Assembly (NCBI GenBank): GCA_050273025.1
Contig: CP158635.1
Coordinates: forward strand, 23,560,001 to 23,624,000
Direction of reading: 5' to 3'
Source: Cenococcum geophilum
Taxonomy: Eukaryota
DNA length: 64,000 nucleotides
Below the pieces are notes generated by a model that worked only from the letters and a program-made list of their open reading frames with translations, had not been told where the DNA came from and did no database searches. Numbering within the stretch: position 1 is the first letter of the stretch; the number at the start of each line of letters is the position of its first letter. The position numbers and the translations under genes are program-made. Shown here piece after piece: positions 14,590 to 26,288 of this stretch.

Positions 14590-16182
14590 ATGCCGCTGCT
14601 AGACCTTCCAGTGGAGCTTCTCAACTTAGCTTTCGAGTACCTCGCCCAAAGAGATATCAAAAGTCTGCGCCTAGTCTGCAGAGCGATCAAAACCTGGGCA
14701 AAGCTCAAATTCGATCGAGTCTTCATCTCTCCAAACCCAACCAACATTTCCGCATTCAAAGGCATTGTCGCACACCCAGATTTCAATCCACAAGTACGCG
14801 AGATTGTTTGGGATGACGCGCAGTTCGAGCACTATGTGGAGTGCAAGCACGGCCTCGAGGACCAATACTATCTTCGCGACGCCGATGATCCAGGAGATCG
14901 AAAAGCGAAGGGGCTCATTGATTACATAGACGATGTTGGAAAAGATCGCACTCGCAGGATTCCGTTGTATATGCAACGGAGGAAAGAGCTTTGGGGCGAC
15001 GCAAAGGAAATCGGCATAGAAGAGAGCTTTATAATATACTGCCAACTGTATGCGGAGCAGGAATCCATCATTGCGAGCGGCGAAGACGTAGACACGCTTC
15101 GGCTTGGTCTCATCTCATTCCCAAACCTACAGCGCATTACCTTAACAAGCGAGACCTGGTGGTACAACCCCCTCTTCCCCCGCTACGAAACCCCCTTATT
15201 CCGCTCTCTTCCCCCAGGATTTCGCATGCCAATCCCCTGGCCCTGGCTCGGTGCTCTCGCCTCCGAGTCCTCCCACTACCGCGAATGGACCAAAGACGAA
15301 GTAGAACAACTCGAGGCATCATGGGACGAGCAGCACCAAGAGTGGCGCGGCTACAGCATTCTCGTGTCCGAACTCCTGGCAACCGCCTCCCGCCACGGGG
15401 TGCGCGAATTCGTCATCGATGTGAATCGCGAGCCGACGGGGATTAGCCAAGAGCTGTTCTGCGGAGAGAGTGTCGATTACAGTAATACAATCAATTTGTT
15501 TGAGACCCTGCAGTTGACGAGGCTGGATTTAGCGCTGAATATTAGGACGGTGATTGAGGGGCGGACGGAGACGAGCTTTTGGCATCGGAGGTTGTTGAAG
15601 AGAGCGCTTTCAAATCTTACGAATCTGGAGCACTTTCATTTTTATATCAGCATCCTGCGGAATGATTTGGATGAGCGTGATTGGAATCACGTGTGGGGCG
15701 ATGGATGGCCTTGGATCGACCTAGTAGATATCTTCCCGACGCCGTACGAGGAAGCCTGGCCCCGGCTGCATTATCTTGTGCTCGCGAACCTGCTGGTTAC
15801 TGAGCAGAATCTCTTCATGTTTCTTTCAAGTCTCCCGGTACTTAGAGAGATCGATCTCGACTCCATCGTCTTAGCGGTAGGGGAAGAGGTGAAAATGCGC
15901 TCCGCTTAGTCACTGCTGCGACGACTGAAAGCCAATCTCGTAGAAGCGGAGGAGGGTGCGTGGAGAGAGCGCAAGCCGTGTATGACGATTAGGTACTGGC
16001 ACCATGATACGATTCGGCTGACTTACTTCAACGACGTTATAAGCGGGTATTTATATGGGAGTGAGGAGAACCCCTTTGATGTAGAGGAAATGGGATGGAA
16101 TGTGCATGAGAATGTCTCTTGGTGGACGAGTGATTTCGATGATGCGCATTGCATGCCGCATAAGTTTACTTGGAGATTTTAG
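14590..16182 (+). CDS. F-box domain protein; in-frame TAG at 15907-15909 truncates it at 439 aa (possible recent pseudogene)
   Basis: N-terminal F-box LLDLPVELLNLAFEYLAQRDIKSLRLVCRAI. The same frame continues open after the TAG to 16182 (SLLRRLKANL..GYLYGSEENPF). Confidence 0.75.
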
Positions 16183-16379
16183 GATTAGGAATGTTAGTGA
16201 CATGGGACTGCACCGCGTGACCAGTCAGCCTGAAGAAGGGAGTGGACGGATTGGGACTTTAATACTCCGGCTTTTGCCAACCCTATCTCTTGAACAACCC
16301 ATCTTCAAGTAAACTAGGGGCGTTGCATCAGAGACATAAGAAGACACGAGCTAGGGGAAAGTTCCAGACAACCGCTCTT

Positions 16380-17492
16380 CAGGCCTGCCAATCAACCAAT
16401 TTAATTCAATTGACGTCTTGAACTGGTTGAATTAAAAACTTTGTAAGCAAGGGGCTTAGTTAATTAAATTGATTAAACCAATATTGCAACGGTTGCAACT
16501 AAATTTAATTAGTGCAGTGGTTAGTAATTACCATAGGTCTTAGCATGGTGTTAATGCAGGAGGACCTACCTACCGACGCCTAGATTGTTTCTACCGTCGT
16601 TCCTTCCGCCCCTGCCCTTAATACAGGCCTATCGCGAGTCTTAGTATGGTATTAAGTCACCTTCCTGCCGTGTATGTCCTGTCCCTTCCTTCCACGGGCG
16701 CTTTCAACTGCCTATCTACTATATTAATTATACCTTCCTTATCCCACGATCCTACCGCCATTAAAGCTCCAATTATATTAAATTATAGCCGTGCGCGATT
16801 ATTAGTAAGAAGTAAGCCCGTAAGGTTAAATATACGTTTAATATTAGTAGAATCGTTATTAATTCGAATTAATGTTATTAATAGACGAATCTAGTAGTAA
16901 AACCCTATCTACTAAGGCTTTGGTGGCGGTATAACGGAATAAATAACAAGTAATACTCAGATAAATATTTTTCAGCAAGGAATACTAGGAAATAATAAGG
17001 TTTAGGGTATTACTATATATAAACTTTAGTATATTTCTATATAATATCAATAGCTTTAATATTTTTAATTAACTTAATTTAATTAGTGTTGAACGGACGA
17101 TCAGGAACGAGAACTCTGTCTTATTGCAAGAGGCTCTAGTGCCTCACTATATACACCAGACAGGTGGCAAATAGAATGACGACGACGTCGTCATTCAGTC
17201 GGTCATAGTTAATGGAAACAGGTAATGAGACGTTCGATGAGACATACGAAATCAAGATAGACGGTAATGAGTCATAAGTTTAAGAGACAACTGAGACATT
17301 GTACGTAACCATGATCTAGGTCGACAGACAGTAGTACGATGGTGGTAAGAAAGTCCGATTCAGGTCGACAATTAGGACCTCCAGATTAAATGCGTTGATA
17401 AGCCCACGGGCTCTTAGTTGATTGAATTAAATTGAGTTATGGCATTTAGTTCAATTCCATATTGAAGTCTCGTTGATTGATTGACAAGCCTG
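16380..17492 (-). mobile_element. Non-autonomous hAT DNA transposon derivative, RIP-damaged
   Basis: 20-bp TIRs CAGGCCTGCCAATCAACCAA / revcomp CAGGCTTGTCAATCAATCAA. Minus strand ~16850-16720 reads IKRIFNLTGLLLTNNRARL..IGALMAVGSW, a RIP-altered hAT dimerisation motif (ERVFSxAG..R.RL). Flanks CCGCTCTT/CCAACCTT match 5/8. Confidence 0.8.
17087..17416 (-). mobile_element. Probable solo LTR inserted in the hAT derivative
   Basis: 330-bp block of normal GC content inside AT-rich RIP DNA. On minus strand it runs TA(=TG)AGAG...TTCAACA with TATATA and AATAAG near its 3' end. Flanks ATTAG/GTTGA are both derivable from one 5-mer by G>A. Confidence 0.55.
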
Positions 17493-18346
17493 CCAACCTT
17501 GCCGTCATACCACCGAGGGCTCAAGAGACAATCCTTGATGAAATATATTGCAACCTCAGGCGGACTTCAGATTAGAGACTTTGAAGCGGTAAGCGCGCTG
17601 TCCTTGGCGTATATGAATCTCGTTTTTCTCCTCTTTGCCCCAGTACCAAGACAGCTCTTCATAGCCTAGCCTGGCATGATCACGTCGGTTTAAAGGGTCT
17701 TCTAGTCCGCTCAGGACCAGCTGGCAGTCGACGACCTCCGTACTTGGCACGGCTGGGCGTATCTCGAGGAGACGTATTGACCATAAGGACAATGCTGGTA
17801 TTTGGGCAATTCTCAATATTTGGACGACAAAGCGTAACTATTCCTTGGTTCCGCTCACGCTATCGTATTTTGGCGGTTGTCTTTTGCAGATTTTGAGCCG
17901 GCAGCCTAGTGGCCTAAAGAATCTCTTGTGTTAAAGTCGCATTTGTGTCGTTCTCGCGAGGGTGTGTTTAGATGAGTGCTCACTCAGCCGCAATTAACTA
18001 ACTGTATATAGTTTACTAAATACCAAGATTGCGATCGATACTGAAAAGTATTTCGATATGTGTAACCGATTAGTAGAGAAGTAGTGCGAGCCTTGCGGAG
18101 TGTTTTAATAAAGTGGTTGCATTTAGACTAACTAATTGCATAAATAGACCATTAAAAATTTAACCGTTGGACTTCATTCAGCCAAAACTCCAAAATTACG
18201 TCCGTAAAACACCTCTGTATTACAAGTCCTAAGGTTCCTCGGAGACCTACTCAAAAGTTGCACAATATTGTGTAAATTGAGTAAGGACCTCCTTATGTGT
18301 ACGTCGTCATCAGTGATGTATGGGATATCTGTTCGCTCCCGGCCAA

Positions 18347-19756
18347 TTAGTCAATAAAATTGTCTTTGGGGAGGTTTAGAGTCTGTTTGTGAGTGGGCTG
18401 AACCAAGCATGACTTTGCCGATTCCAGACGGACACCACTGCAGGATACAACAGAACGGACACCTAAGACATACCTCAGAGCAAAACGACGATATCTTTCC
18501 GAAAAAATTACGGGTTGATGATGCGACAATAAGTTCAACTCTTCAAAAGCTTTGCACACGCTCCCATGCTCATATTCCATCTTTACATTATTCGGCTCAT
18601 AAACCCAAGCACTCTTTAATTGGCTACGCCATTTCTCATCCGGAGGAAAAGAACCATTTCCAAGATTCTTCCAAACCCGAACCTTTACTTTTTGTTTGTG
18701 CGGCTTGTACCACAACTGGTAATCTGTCGCGCAGTAGGAGCAGGACTCGACATTGGTTCTGTAGTCAAAGCTCGACTCAGTTTCGTGGAATGCATAAGAT
18801 ATACAATCTTTAGCTGCAATATCAGCAAGATTGTTCATATGTGGGCAAATCTTTGCGTCAGTATCGAGCACGAGCGATGGAGCTTTGTCGTGTTTATTAA
18901 GAAAAGTAGAGGATGCACGTCGCTTTCCGGGCCAGGGAAGGGCGTATGTCACTCGCAAGAGAAGGTCCTCACCGAAAGCTCGTGGCTCGACAAGAAACTC
19001 GATCCTTGGAGGGTCAAAAACCAACCTGGAGAAAGCTTCCTTGGCCGGAAGCCCGGAGCGGTACAGTTGCATGTAAAGCTGAACCTCATGGCGTGTGATT
19101 CGGTGACGCACTGAGCCTAATTCATAATAAACCTCCTTCATGTGCCCACCAAGAAGATAGTCGATCGACGATGACCGGTAATCTTCAATAATGGGACACA
19201 TCCTCTCCCTCGGGGGGTCATATGGTTGCAGGCGCCTTACGCCAAGAGCTCTTCTCCTATCCGGGGCCCGGCGAGATGATCTGTGTGTAGGACTGCAGAC
19301 TTCGGAATTATTACAGCACGGTATCTCTTCGCCCATGAGGGAAAGAAAAGATACTTGCTCGTCATTCGTAGCCCAACGGAGATTGGATAAATACTGAGTT
19401 CCAAGAATGAATAATAATTTCCGACTGGTCGCCGAGAAACAAGCTGCAGAGCTGAGGGGTAGCAGGTTTCCGATAGCCTGGATAAGCTCATTGGGGAGAC
19501 GATACAGAAAACAAACGGGTGGCTGCTTCGTTCGTTTGCGAGACTTGCGGTGGAATCGTCCATCCAGAGGGGCTGCTTTTCCTTCAGAATGAGGATAGAT
19601 CCCTTGGCCGCTAATCCGGGTTTGCTCATGGAAATAAAGGTGCCCAAACAGACGCCCTGTGAGCTCCAATCCAGAACGCAAGATACAGGTGCCTCGCGTC
19701 GAATGAGATTGTGTTGTGAGAGATTTCATAGTCTTTTGAGGCTGCGTGGGTTGCAT
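18347..19756 (-). CDS. F-box-like domain protein
   Basis: 469-aa uninterrupted ORF; F-box-like LYRLPNELIQAIGNLLPLSSAACFSATSRKL; C-terminal CPH..SCSYCATDY..VWKNLG..PPDEKW motif typical of fungal F-box hypotheticals. Confidence 0.75.
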   Translation of the reverse strand: MQPTQPQKTMKSLTTQSHSTRGTCILRSGLELTGRLFGHLYFHEQTRISGQGIYPHSEGKAAPLDGRFHRKSRKRTKQPPVCFLYRLPNELIQAIGNLLPLSSAACFSATSRKLLFILGTQYLSNLRWATNDEQVSFLSLMGEEIPCCNNSEVCSPTHRSSRRAPDRRRALGVRRLQPYDPPRERMCPIIEDYRSSSIDYLLGGHMKEVYYELGSVRHRITRHEVQLYMQLYRSGLPAKEAFSRLVFDPPRIEFLVEPRAFGEDLLLRVTYALPWPGKRRASSTFLNKHDKAPSLVLDTDAKICPHMNNLADIAAKDCISYAFHETESSFDYRTNVESCSYCATDYQLWYKPHKQKVKVRVWKNLGNGSFPPDEKWRSQLKSAWVYEPNNVKMEYEHGSVCKAFEELNLLSHHQPVIFSERYRRFALRYVLGVRSVVSCSGVRLESAKSCLVQPTHKQTLNLPKDNFID

Positions 19757-20141
19757 GAGTAGAGGAACTTGCGAGTACCATGCCCCGCACCACTTGACAG
19801 AGGTATTTAGTGTTCCGCGGATGCTTTATTCAGAGTCAGTAGGTCGAGTCTTGGGATGGGAGGCCTTTTGAAAACACATCGAACAGTGAAGTTCATGATG
19901 AAGGGAGGTATGGTTGCTGGTCTTGACGTGGCATCGCGCCTTAGATATGGAGATCTGATGCCATTGATAGGCCTGGGATGGCGTAGTCCGTGCTTATTCT
20001 GTGTTTTTGGCGCGAAGTGGTAAGCGCGTAACCGGAGGGCGCGGAGATCTAATTGCACTAATAATCTCTATCATAACCTCACGATATAGAACAACCTAAA
20101 TTGCTAATCATTCCGTCACTCAATGTTACAACACTCGTTCA

Positions 20142-22115
20142 ATGTCGATTTATGAGGGAGCAAGGCCGCAGCGCTTCCCGCGATATGATGGGGAGGACAC
20201 CAATGTCACCACGAAGAGGGAGTTGATGGGATGGTACGCTTACAGTTTTGGTGCTGAAGTGTTCGCTGTGTGCGGTGTTGGTAGGCCCTACTTGTGCGGC
20301 TTCTCGTCAAGTAATATCGTTTTGTAACAGCATATAGGCTCCTTTCTCCCTGTTACACTGGAGCAGTTGGCTCGTGAAAGAGGAGTGTTTTGGTCCGATA
20401 AAACCACGCCCTGCGTTGCAAAAGTTGAGTTAGGAAATGGCTCTGACGGTAATGCTTCGCTGGCGAGTTTTCTCGTCAGAGCCGCTACAGAGAAGGAAAA
20501 CGACCAGTGTATCATTACCATTTTTGGATCCGAAATTACTACTGCGAGCTTTGCTATGTATACGTTCTCCATAGCCGTGCTTTTTCAAGCACTTGCACTC
20601 ATCTCGTTCAGCTCAGTAGCTGATCACGGTTGGTTGTGTATCATCGACCACGTCCATGGCTGACGGGATGGCCTAGGTCCCTACCGCAAGAGATTGCTTC
20701 TGTGCTTTGGGTTTACGGGTGCCACAACTAGCATGCTCTTTCTCTTTGTGACACCCAGAGTGTACCTCCTTGGATCTATCTTGCTGATAATAGGCGTTAC
20801 ATGTCTTGGATCGTCTTTCACTCTCCTAAATTCCTTTTTACCTTTACTTGTCTCCAACCACCCGCTGATACGCGGTCAACGCTCTTCGGACATAGCTCTG
20901 GAAGCTATGTCATCAACTGCTCATGATACAACCTCAGCAGCACATGATGGGACCGAATCACATCCCACAAAAGCATCCTTCGAGCTGCAACTCTCAGCGA
21001 AAATCTCCTCCAAGGGCGCAGGCATCGGATACATAGCCGCAGTTTTCGTCCAATGTCTCAGCATCGCCCTTCTCTTCGCCCTATCTAAAGTATCCTTATC
21101 GCCAACCTCAGCAACCCTCCCACTCCGCATAGTCCTCTTCTTCGTCGGTGCATGGTGGCTTGCTCTCACAATCCCTACCGCGCTCTGGCTGCGCCCTCGT
21201 CCAGGTCCACCCATCTCCAGCGCCTTAGCCCAGCACACCAACCGCGCCCGCTCCGCCCTCGCATACCTCCTCTTCGCCTGGTCTTCTATCTTCCAAACCC
21301 TCAAAGTTGCCTTCAAGCTGCGCCAAGTCGTCCTCTTCCTCATCGCTTGGTTTCTCCTCTCCGACGGCGTCGCCACCGTCTCCGGCACCGCTGTCCTCTT
21401 CGCGCGCACAGAACTGCACATGGGCACCGTAGCTGTCGCCGCCCTCTCCATCACCTCCACCACCTCCGCAATCGCCGGCGCCTTTACCTGGCCGCTGATC
21501 CAGCACCGCCTCGCGCTCCCCACCAACCACCTCATCATGTGCTGCCTCGGCATCATGGAGATAATCCCGCTGTACGGGCTACTGGGCTACCTCCCCTTCA
21601 TCCGCGCCTGGGGCGTCGGCGGCCTGCAGCAGGCGTGGGAGATCTACCCGCTGGCTGTCGTGCATGGCTTCGTGATGGGCGGGCTGTCGTCCTACTGCCG
21701 CTCGTTTTTCGGCCTGCTGGTCCCACCGCGCGCCGAGGCGGCGTTTTTCGCACTCTATGCGGTCACGGATAAGGGGAGTTCGGCGGTCGGGCCGGCCATC
21801 GTGGGGAAGATAGTCGATGCGACGGGGACGATTCGGCCGGCGTTTGCTTTTTTGGCCGTGTTGATTGCGTTGCCGATTCCATTGATCTGGTGCGTAGATG
21901 TGGAGAAGGGCAGGGCGGATGCGATAAACATGGCTGGTGTGCTGAATGGTGTGCGAGACGAGGGTGAGGTGAGGGAAGGTGATGGGGAGAGGTGGGAGGA
22001 TTGGGAGGCCGTAGATGGGGATGGGGAGGATGAGCGGCGGGAAGAGGCCGAAGAGGAGGAAGAGGAGGAAAGGGAGTTTCAGGAGGTGGAAGGGTTGCTG
22101 AGGGGTCGTACTTAA
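20142..22115 (+). CDS. ATG22: Autophagy-related protein 22 (vacuolar amino-acid efflux, MFS); exons 20142-20280, 20338-20628, 20677-22115
   Basis: RYDGEDT..TTKRELMGWYAYSFGAEVFAVCGVG/SFLPVTLEQLARERG..TASFAMYTFS..ADHG/PYRK..EAAFFALYAVTDKGSS; multiple TM helices; canonical introns. Confidence 0.93.
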
Positions 22116-22382
22116 CCATTTTAGAAGCATCCTGCTCTGCTGTGTCAATTAGAGGATAAATACGCTTTAAAATCCGCTAAGTAGTCTCACCGACAGCTAG
22201 ATGAGCGTTGTATTTCCAGTTCTGCCAGAATAAGCGGCGAATGAGCTTGAATGAATCCGGCCTCTGGAATAGTGTCTGCTTTGCCTGTGCTGAATTTTGG
22301 GTCTCACCGCTGGGGTAGGGCTATCAGGCTTCCAGGCTACATAGGAATGGTAGTCTGTCCAAAGGAAACCCTCTGACTCCGT

Positions 22383-23823
22383 TTACGACTTCTTGGAGGT
22401 AGACGAGCCACCTAGGTCACCCGAAACGAATACTACTAACACTGCTGCAGCAGTCGTCGCAAACATCTCTGCTCTTTAGGCATTAGTAAGTAAACCCACA
22501 CTGAGTGCAAAGAGAACCGTGTAACACGCAATCATAGCGAGTCTCCTCTTCGGCTGTTTGACGATATAAAGGCTAATGATGGCTCCAATTATATTTGAAA
22601 TAATTAAAAAGAAAATACAAAAACAAATGATATATATGGTTTAATTATTATGCTAATATTTTTTGTATTATTGACTTTAGGATTTGCTTTTGAATTAGGT
22701 AAAAATGCGTTAAAAATCGTTACTAATAACGCAGTTTAAACTTAAGTCATTTAAAACAGGATTTAATTTGTAAGAAGGTTTTTCAAAAAATATTTGTTTT
22801 ATAACAAATAGGTAAATATAATAGCTAAAACAATAGTGAAAATTAAACCGTATAACGCAGGTGTTTATGTTTATATTAATTTAAGGTATTTATTAATTTA
22901 AGGTAATAACATAAAGTATTTTTATAAAAATATTTTTATAAAGGTATAGTGTTATGCTACGGACATATTTTTACAAGTTCAAATCTTGTACGCGTTTTTA
23001 TTTATTTAAAAATTTTATTTAAAGTTTATATATTAATATTTACTATATATTAATATAACATTAATTAATCCAATATGATATATGAATATAAAGGATTAAA
23101 AATAAAAAACAGTATTGCTGCGACAATAATACTGATGGCAGCAATGGTCCACACAACGTGCTCCTCGAAGTATTGGGCCCGTTGATGCTATGATCCTTGG
23201 TGACTTCGCTTTGGGAACGGCTAGTGATTTTGGAGAAGTCGTGAGAGCAGATCGATGTCCGCTGGAGCCCTGAGGGCGATAAGATCCTGTCCATCGTCCA
23301 GCATACCTTTTGCTTGCCCTCCAAGGACGGGACCTTGTTTTATACCACCATTTTTGTCCGTTCCACCGCTCAGCCAGTTGCGGAAGAGCAACAGCACGCG
23401 GTTACTTGGACGGTCCAAATTCGCGATCTGGTTTTGGATGAGTAACGTCCTGTCTGCCCGTCGTTAGCTTTTTGAGAAGGTATAAGCGCTAACGGTACTG
23501 TAAAAATTTCAGATGGATATCTTTGATTAATTCCATTCTCGCTTTCTCTGCGTCTCTAACTGAGGCGTTCTTGCTAAACGTCTCCCATGTGCGTGCAGAC
23601 TGCTTTAGTCCCATGTCTGTACCTCGCCTGGTCTCTTCGTCTCACTCCTCTAGCCTCACTTCTAGTTCAATCAACTCGCTTTGGAGAGTTAATAGGGTGC
23701 GCGTACTCAATTCATCGAACTTCCTGTAACGAACATTTCGCTGTCCGGATCGCGCGCCATCCAAGCCGCAACAGCGGCAAAGTCATCACGACGCGCCTCC
23801 GGACGGTTCGGTGTCCGCAGCAT
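22383..23823 (-). pseudogene. DUF6594-family pseudogene with nonsense codons, a frameshift and a NUMT insertion
   Basis: Minus strand reads FAAVAAWMARDPDSEMFV(fs)RKFDELSTRTLLTLQSEL..EE*D..(intron ~23492-23454)..DLIALRAPADIDLLSRLLQNH*..ISIIVAAILL[insert]IGAIISLYIV..LLTNA*RAEMFATTAAAVLVVFVSGDLG..TAA. Confidence 0.85.
22591..23107. other. NUMT: mosaic of short mitochondrial DNA fragments
   Basis: Very AT-rich 517-bp block. + strand 22623-22718 TNDIYGLIIMLIFFVLLTLGFAFELGKNALKI (nad3 C-terminus). - strand ~22858-22805 ALYGLIFTIVLAIIFTYL (cox3-like). tRNA-type T-arm ACAAG-TTCAAAT-CTTGT at 22973-22989. Confidence 0.85.
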
Positions 23824-24649
23824 CCATGGAGAGGCCAAAGTAAGACGAGGAGGCTTTGGCATGAAGAGGCTTTAGGTGGAACACGGCTTGCCACGACTAA
23901 GCCATCCTTCTTATCCCTTACAACGTTGGAGAGTTCGCTACTGGATTTAATTGGGCACTTGCATTGAACCAGGTTCTCCGATTGGCTAGTCCCTTATCGA
24001 TAACCGCAGGGCCCATTTCAACGTTGTAAGGGATTAACACCTCACCTCCTTGAGCTTCCCACAGCTTGCGGATTTTTCCTTGGACAGCGCCATAGGAGCG
24101 AGGAGGAAGTTAGGAGGGCGGACTGACACCGTGTTGGTGGCAATGGGTGGATTGACCCTGTCTACAAAGCTCTCGCAACCATGTTCGCTAATATACTCAC
24201 AATGACCATGTTTGACCACCGTAGGCCTGCGTTATTTAGTCTGGTGTGCGGCGTAGATTGACTATCTCACCTCTTGTAATGACTATCTGATTCTGAGGCA
24301 TGGTCGCAGACCGATGCTGCATCTGACGCCCCTTAACCTTTCCCTCTTGTTTGGTTTGCTGATAGCGGCCTTCGGTTCTTGGATCCGTTTACGGTAGTTA
24401 GTGACCTTAGAAATACTTATGTTTAGCAGCGTAATGAACATTGTGCCAGACACTGGTTTCTTTATTTGCTTTCTGAGTGCTCCAGTGGTCCATGTAGTAA
24501 CTGAGGTAGTAGCTGGGGGGTAGAAATAGCCTTGTGTTGGAGTTTGGGAAGGTTGAAGGCACGGCTCACGGCGGCTTGAGAGCACCCACGAATTGGGAGT
24601 GTAGGTATAGTTCACCCCAGGAGAGAATGTTTATTTACTAGATAATTAG

Positions 24650-25012
24650 ATGTTATGGCCAAACGGAGATCGATTGGAGTTATCCATCTCCGGCAAAATA
24701 TATAACATACCAGTGTCCGCTCTCGCCGATTCTGGGTCTGATCTGGATATAATTCCTGCCGATTTTATCCAACAAAACAGCCTTCCACTTGACTCCAGCG
24801 AGCGTGTACCCGTTCGTCTACCTACCAAGACCATACGTTCACGTGGTACTATCACTCTTCCTTTTGCGTTTGATGGTGAAACATCTCTTTTTGATCGGAA
24901 ATTACATGTGGTGCCGTCGTGTACCTATGACATGATTCTAAATCATGGGTTCCTGAAGGCCACCGAAACGTTTGTCTTTGGGGTTTTGGAAAATTCGGGC
25001 AGACAATCATGA
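24650..25012 (+). pseudogene. Retropepsin-like (aspartic protease) domain gene fragment
   Basis: ISGKIYNIPVSALADSGSDLDII..TITLPFAF..LHVVPSCTYDMILNHGFL: DSG catalytic motif and retropepsin-like pattern. Short and not flanked by other pol domains. Confidence 0.55.
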
Positions 25013-25505
25013 AAGGATGCGGTGTGTTCTGAACCATCCTCCATAGGAGGTGTCGTGAAGGAGTAGGGATGCCCCTTACTCTCGATAGCAGGGATTCCGG
25101 AAGTCATGCACAAAACATGGCACCCATAGATCAAACGAGAAATAATATAAATCTGTTTCGAATTTGTTTTCTTCATTTTCCACGTCTCTGTACATGGAAT
25201 CCCATCGGATTCATCCATCTCGATGTCCTTGCGAACATTCACAGCCACAAATACTACTTCATCATACATCATATCACTCGCCCCTCAACGTTTTTCCAAT
25301 CAGTCATTAGCTTCGCCGACCAGTCAGACGAAGGATGCAGTATGCCAGTAGCGGAGCGAGGGTTGAGCCGCTCGCATAAACGCCATGCAAAGTGAAGGAA
25401 AGAAAGCCCAACGCCAAGTGCCTACCCAATACAAGCATCATTCAAGGAAAGTATAGAATTGTACAAGATCCGGAGCCCGCTGCGGGCGGCCGGGTGCTAG
25501 AATGG

Positions 25506-26288
25506 CTAGGGAATCATGAAAAGGGTGATGAGGAAAAGGGCTGCGGTGCCTGCTAGCCAGCGCGGGGCGTTGGAGTCGGGGCTTGAGTTGCCGACGGCTT
25601 GCACGTCGAAGGGACTGCCGCCGCCGCTGTTGGGGTTGGATTTCTGTATCGTGGACGTCTTGGTCGATGCAGCTGACTTGGTGCTAGATGCTAGTGAGAA
25701 CGTTGCTGAGGTTGAGGACGCCTTGACTGAGCTCTGCACCTCGGCAGAAGACAGTGTTGAGCTTTCCGGTGCAGATGAAACTGCCGGTGGTGTTGATGAG
25801 GCGACGGCAGAGGTGACCAGCGTGGAGCTCATGATAGGTGAGCTCGATGTATCCATGATGATTCCGGCGCTCGATTTCTGCGCTGCTGACGATGATGGCA
25901 CTGCTGACGATGACGGCGCCGCTGTGCTCTTCACCTGTGTGGTTGCAGGAGCCGTCGTCACTTGGATGTTGCAGAGCGCCGGGATGCCTTGGCCCAGCAG
26001 GAATACGCCAATGATCGAGGTCTCGGACACGTCTGCGTTCGCGCACTGCGAATTCACCTCAGCGCTGATTTGAACCAGTCCATTTATGCAGGCTTTTGAG
26101 CATTGTGCGTTTGTTGAGAAGTCGGATACTTGGCATCCTGGGATTGTTTGTGTGTAGACGGTGTTGCAGGCGGACGGGAGGTCATTGATGCGAGGCGTAA
26201 AGTTTGACAGGGAGATAGCGGTGGCAGCGGTTGCCCAGAGGGGGAGAAACAGCGTAACGGCTTGCTGTGTGTTGTGTGGTATACGCAT
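25506..26288 (-). CDS. Secreted, probably GPI-anchored Ser/Thr-rich cell-surface protein with Cys-rich N-terminal domain
   Basis: ATG at 26288; signal peptide (..TLFLPLWATAATA); six-Cys domain; S/T-rich stalk; GGGSPFD motif; hydrophobic C-terminal tail. Confidence 0.85.
   Translation of the reverse strand: MRIPHNTQQAVTLFLPLWATAATAISLSNFTPRINDLPSACNTVYTQTIPGCQVSDFSTNAQCSKACINGLVQISAEVNSQCANADVSETSIIGVFLLGQGIPALCNIQVTTAPATTQVKSTAAPSSSAVPSSSAAQKSSAGIIMDTSSSPIMSSTLVTSAVASSTPPAVSSAPESSTLSSAEVQSSVKASSTSATFSLASSTKSAASTKTSTIQKSNPNSGGGSPFDVQAVGNSSPDSNAPRWLAGTAALFLITLFMIP

Larger units (their letters stand above)
16260..17870 (-). pseudogene. HET (heterokaryon incompatibility) domain gene relic, interrupted by a hAT element
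   Basis: Minus strand ~17780-17556 reads IRLLEIRP..VDCQL..YEELSWYWG..FKVSNLKSA (HET N-terminal motif). Beyond the insertion, 16331-16272 reads LMQRP*FT*RWVVQEIGLAK (the PWFxRRWVVQE motif with two stops). The central WIDAICINQ block is not seen. Boundaries approximate. Confidence 0.75.

Noticed and set aside
22561..22590. IGAIISL segment as a mitochondrial gene fragment
   Set aside because: It continues in frame into the DUF6594 C-terminus, so it is host gene sequence.
22940..23000. Functional tRNA gene
   Set aside because: Only a T-arm is evident, with no complete cloverleaf; it is part of the NUMT.
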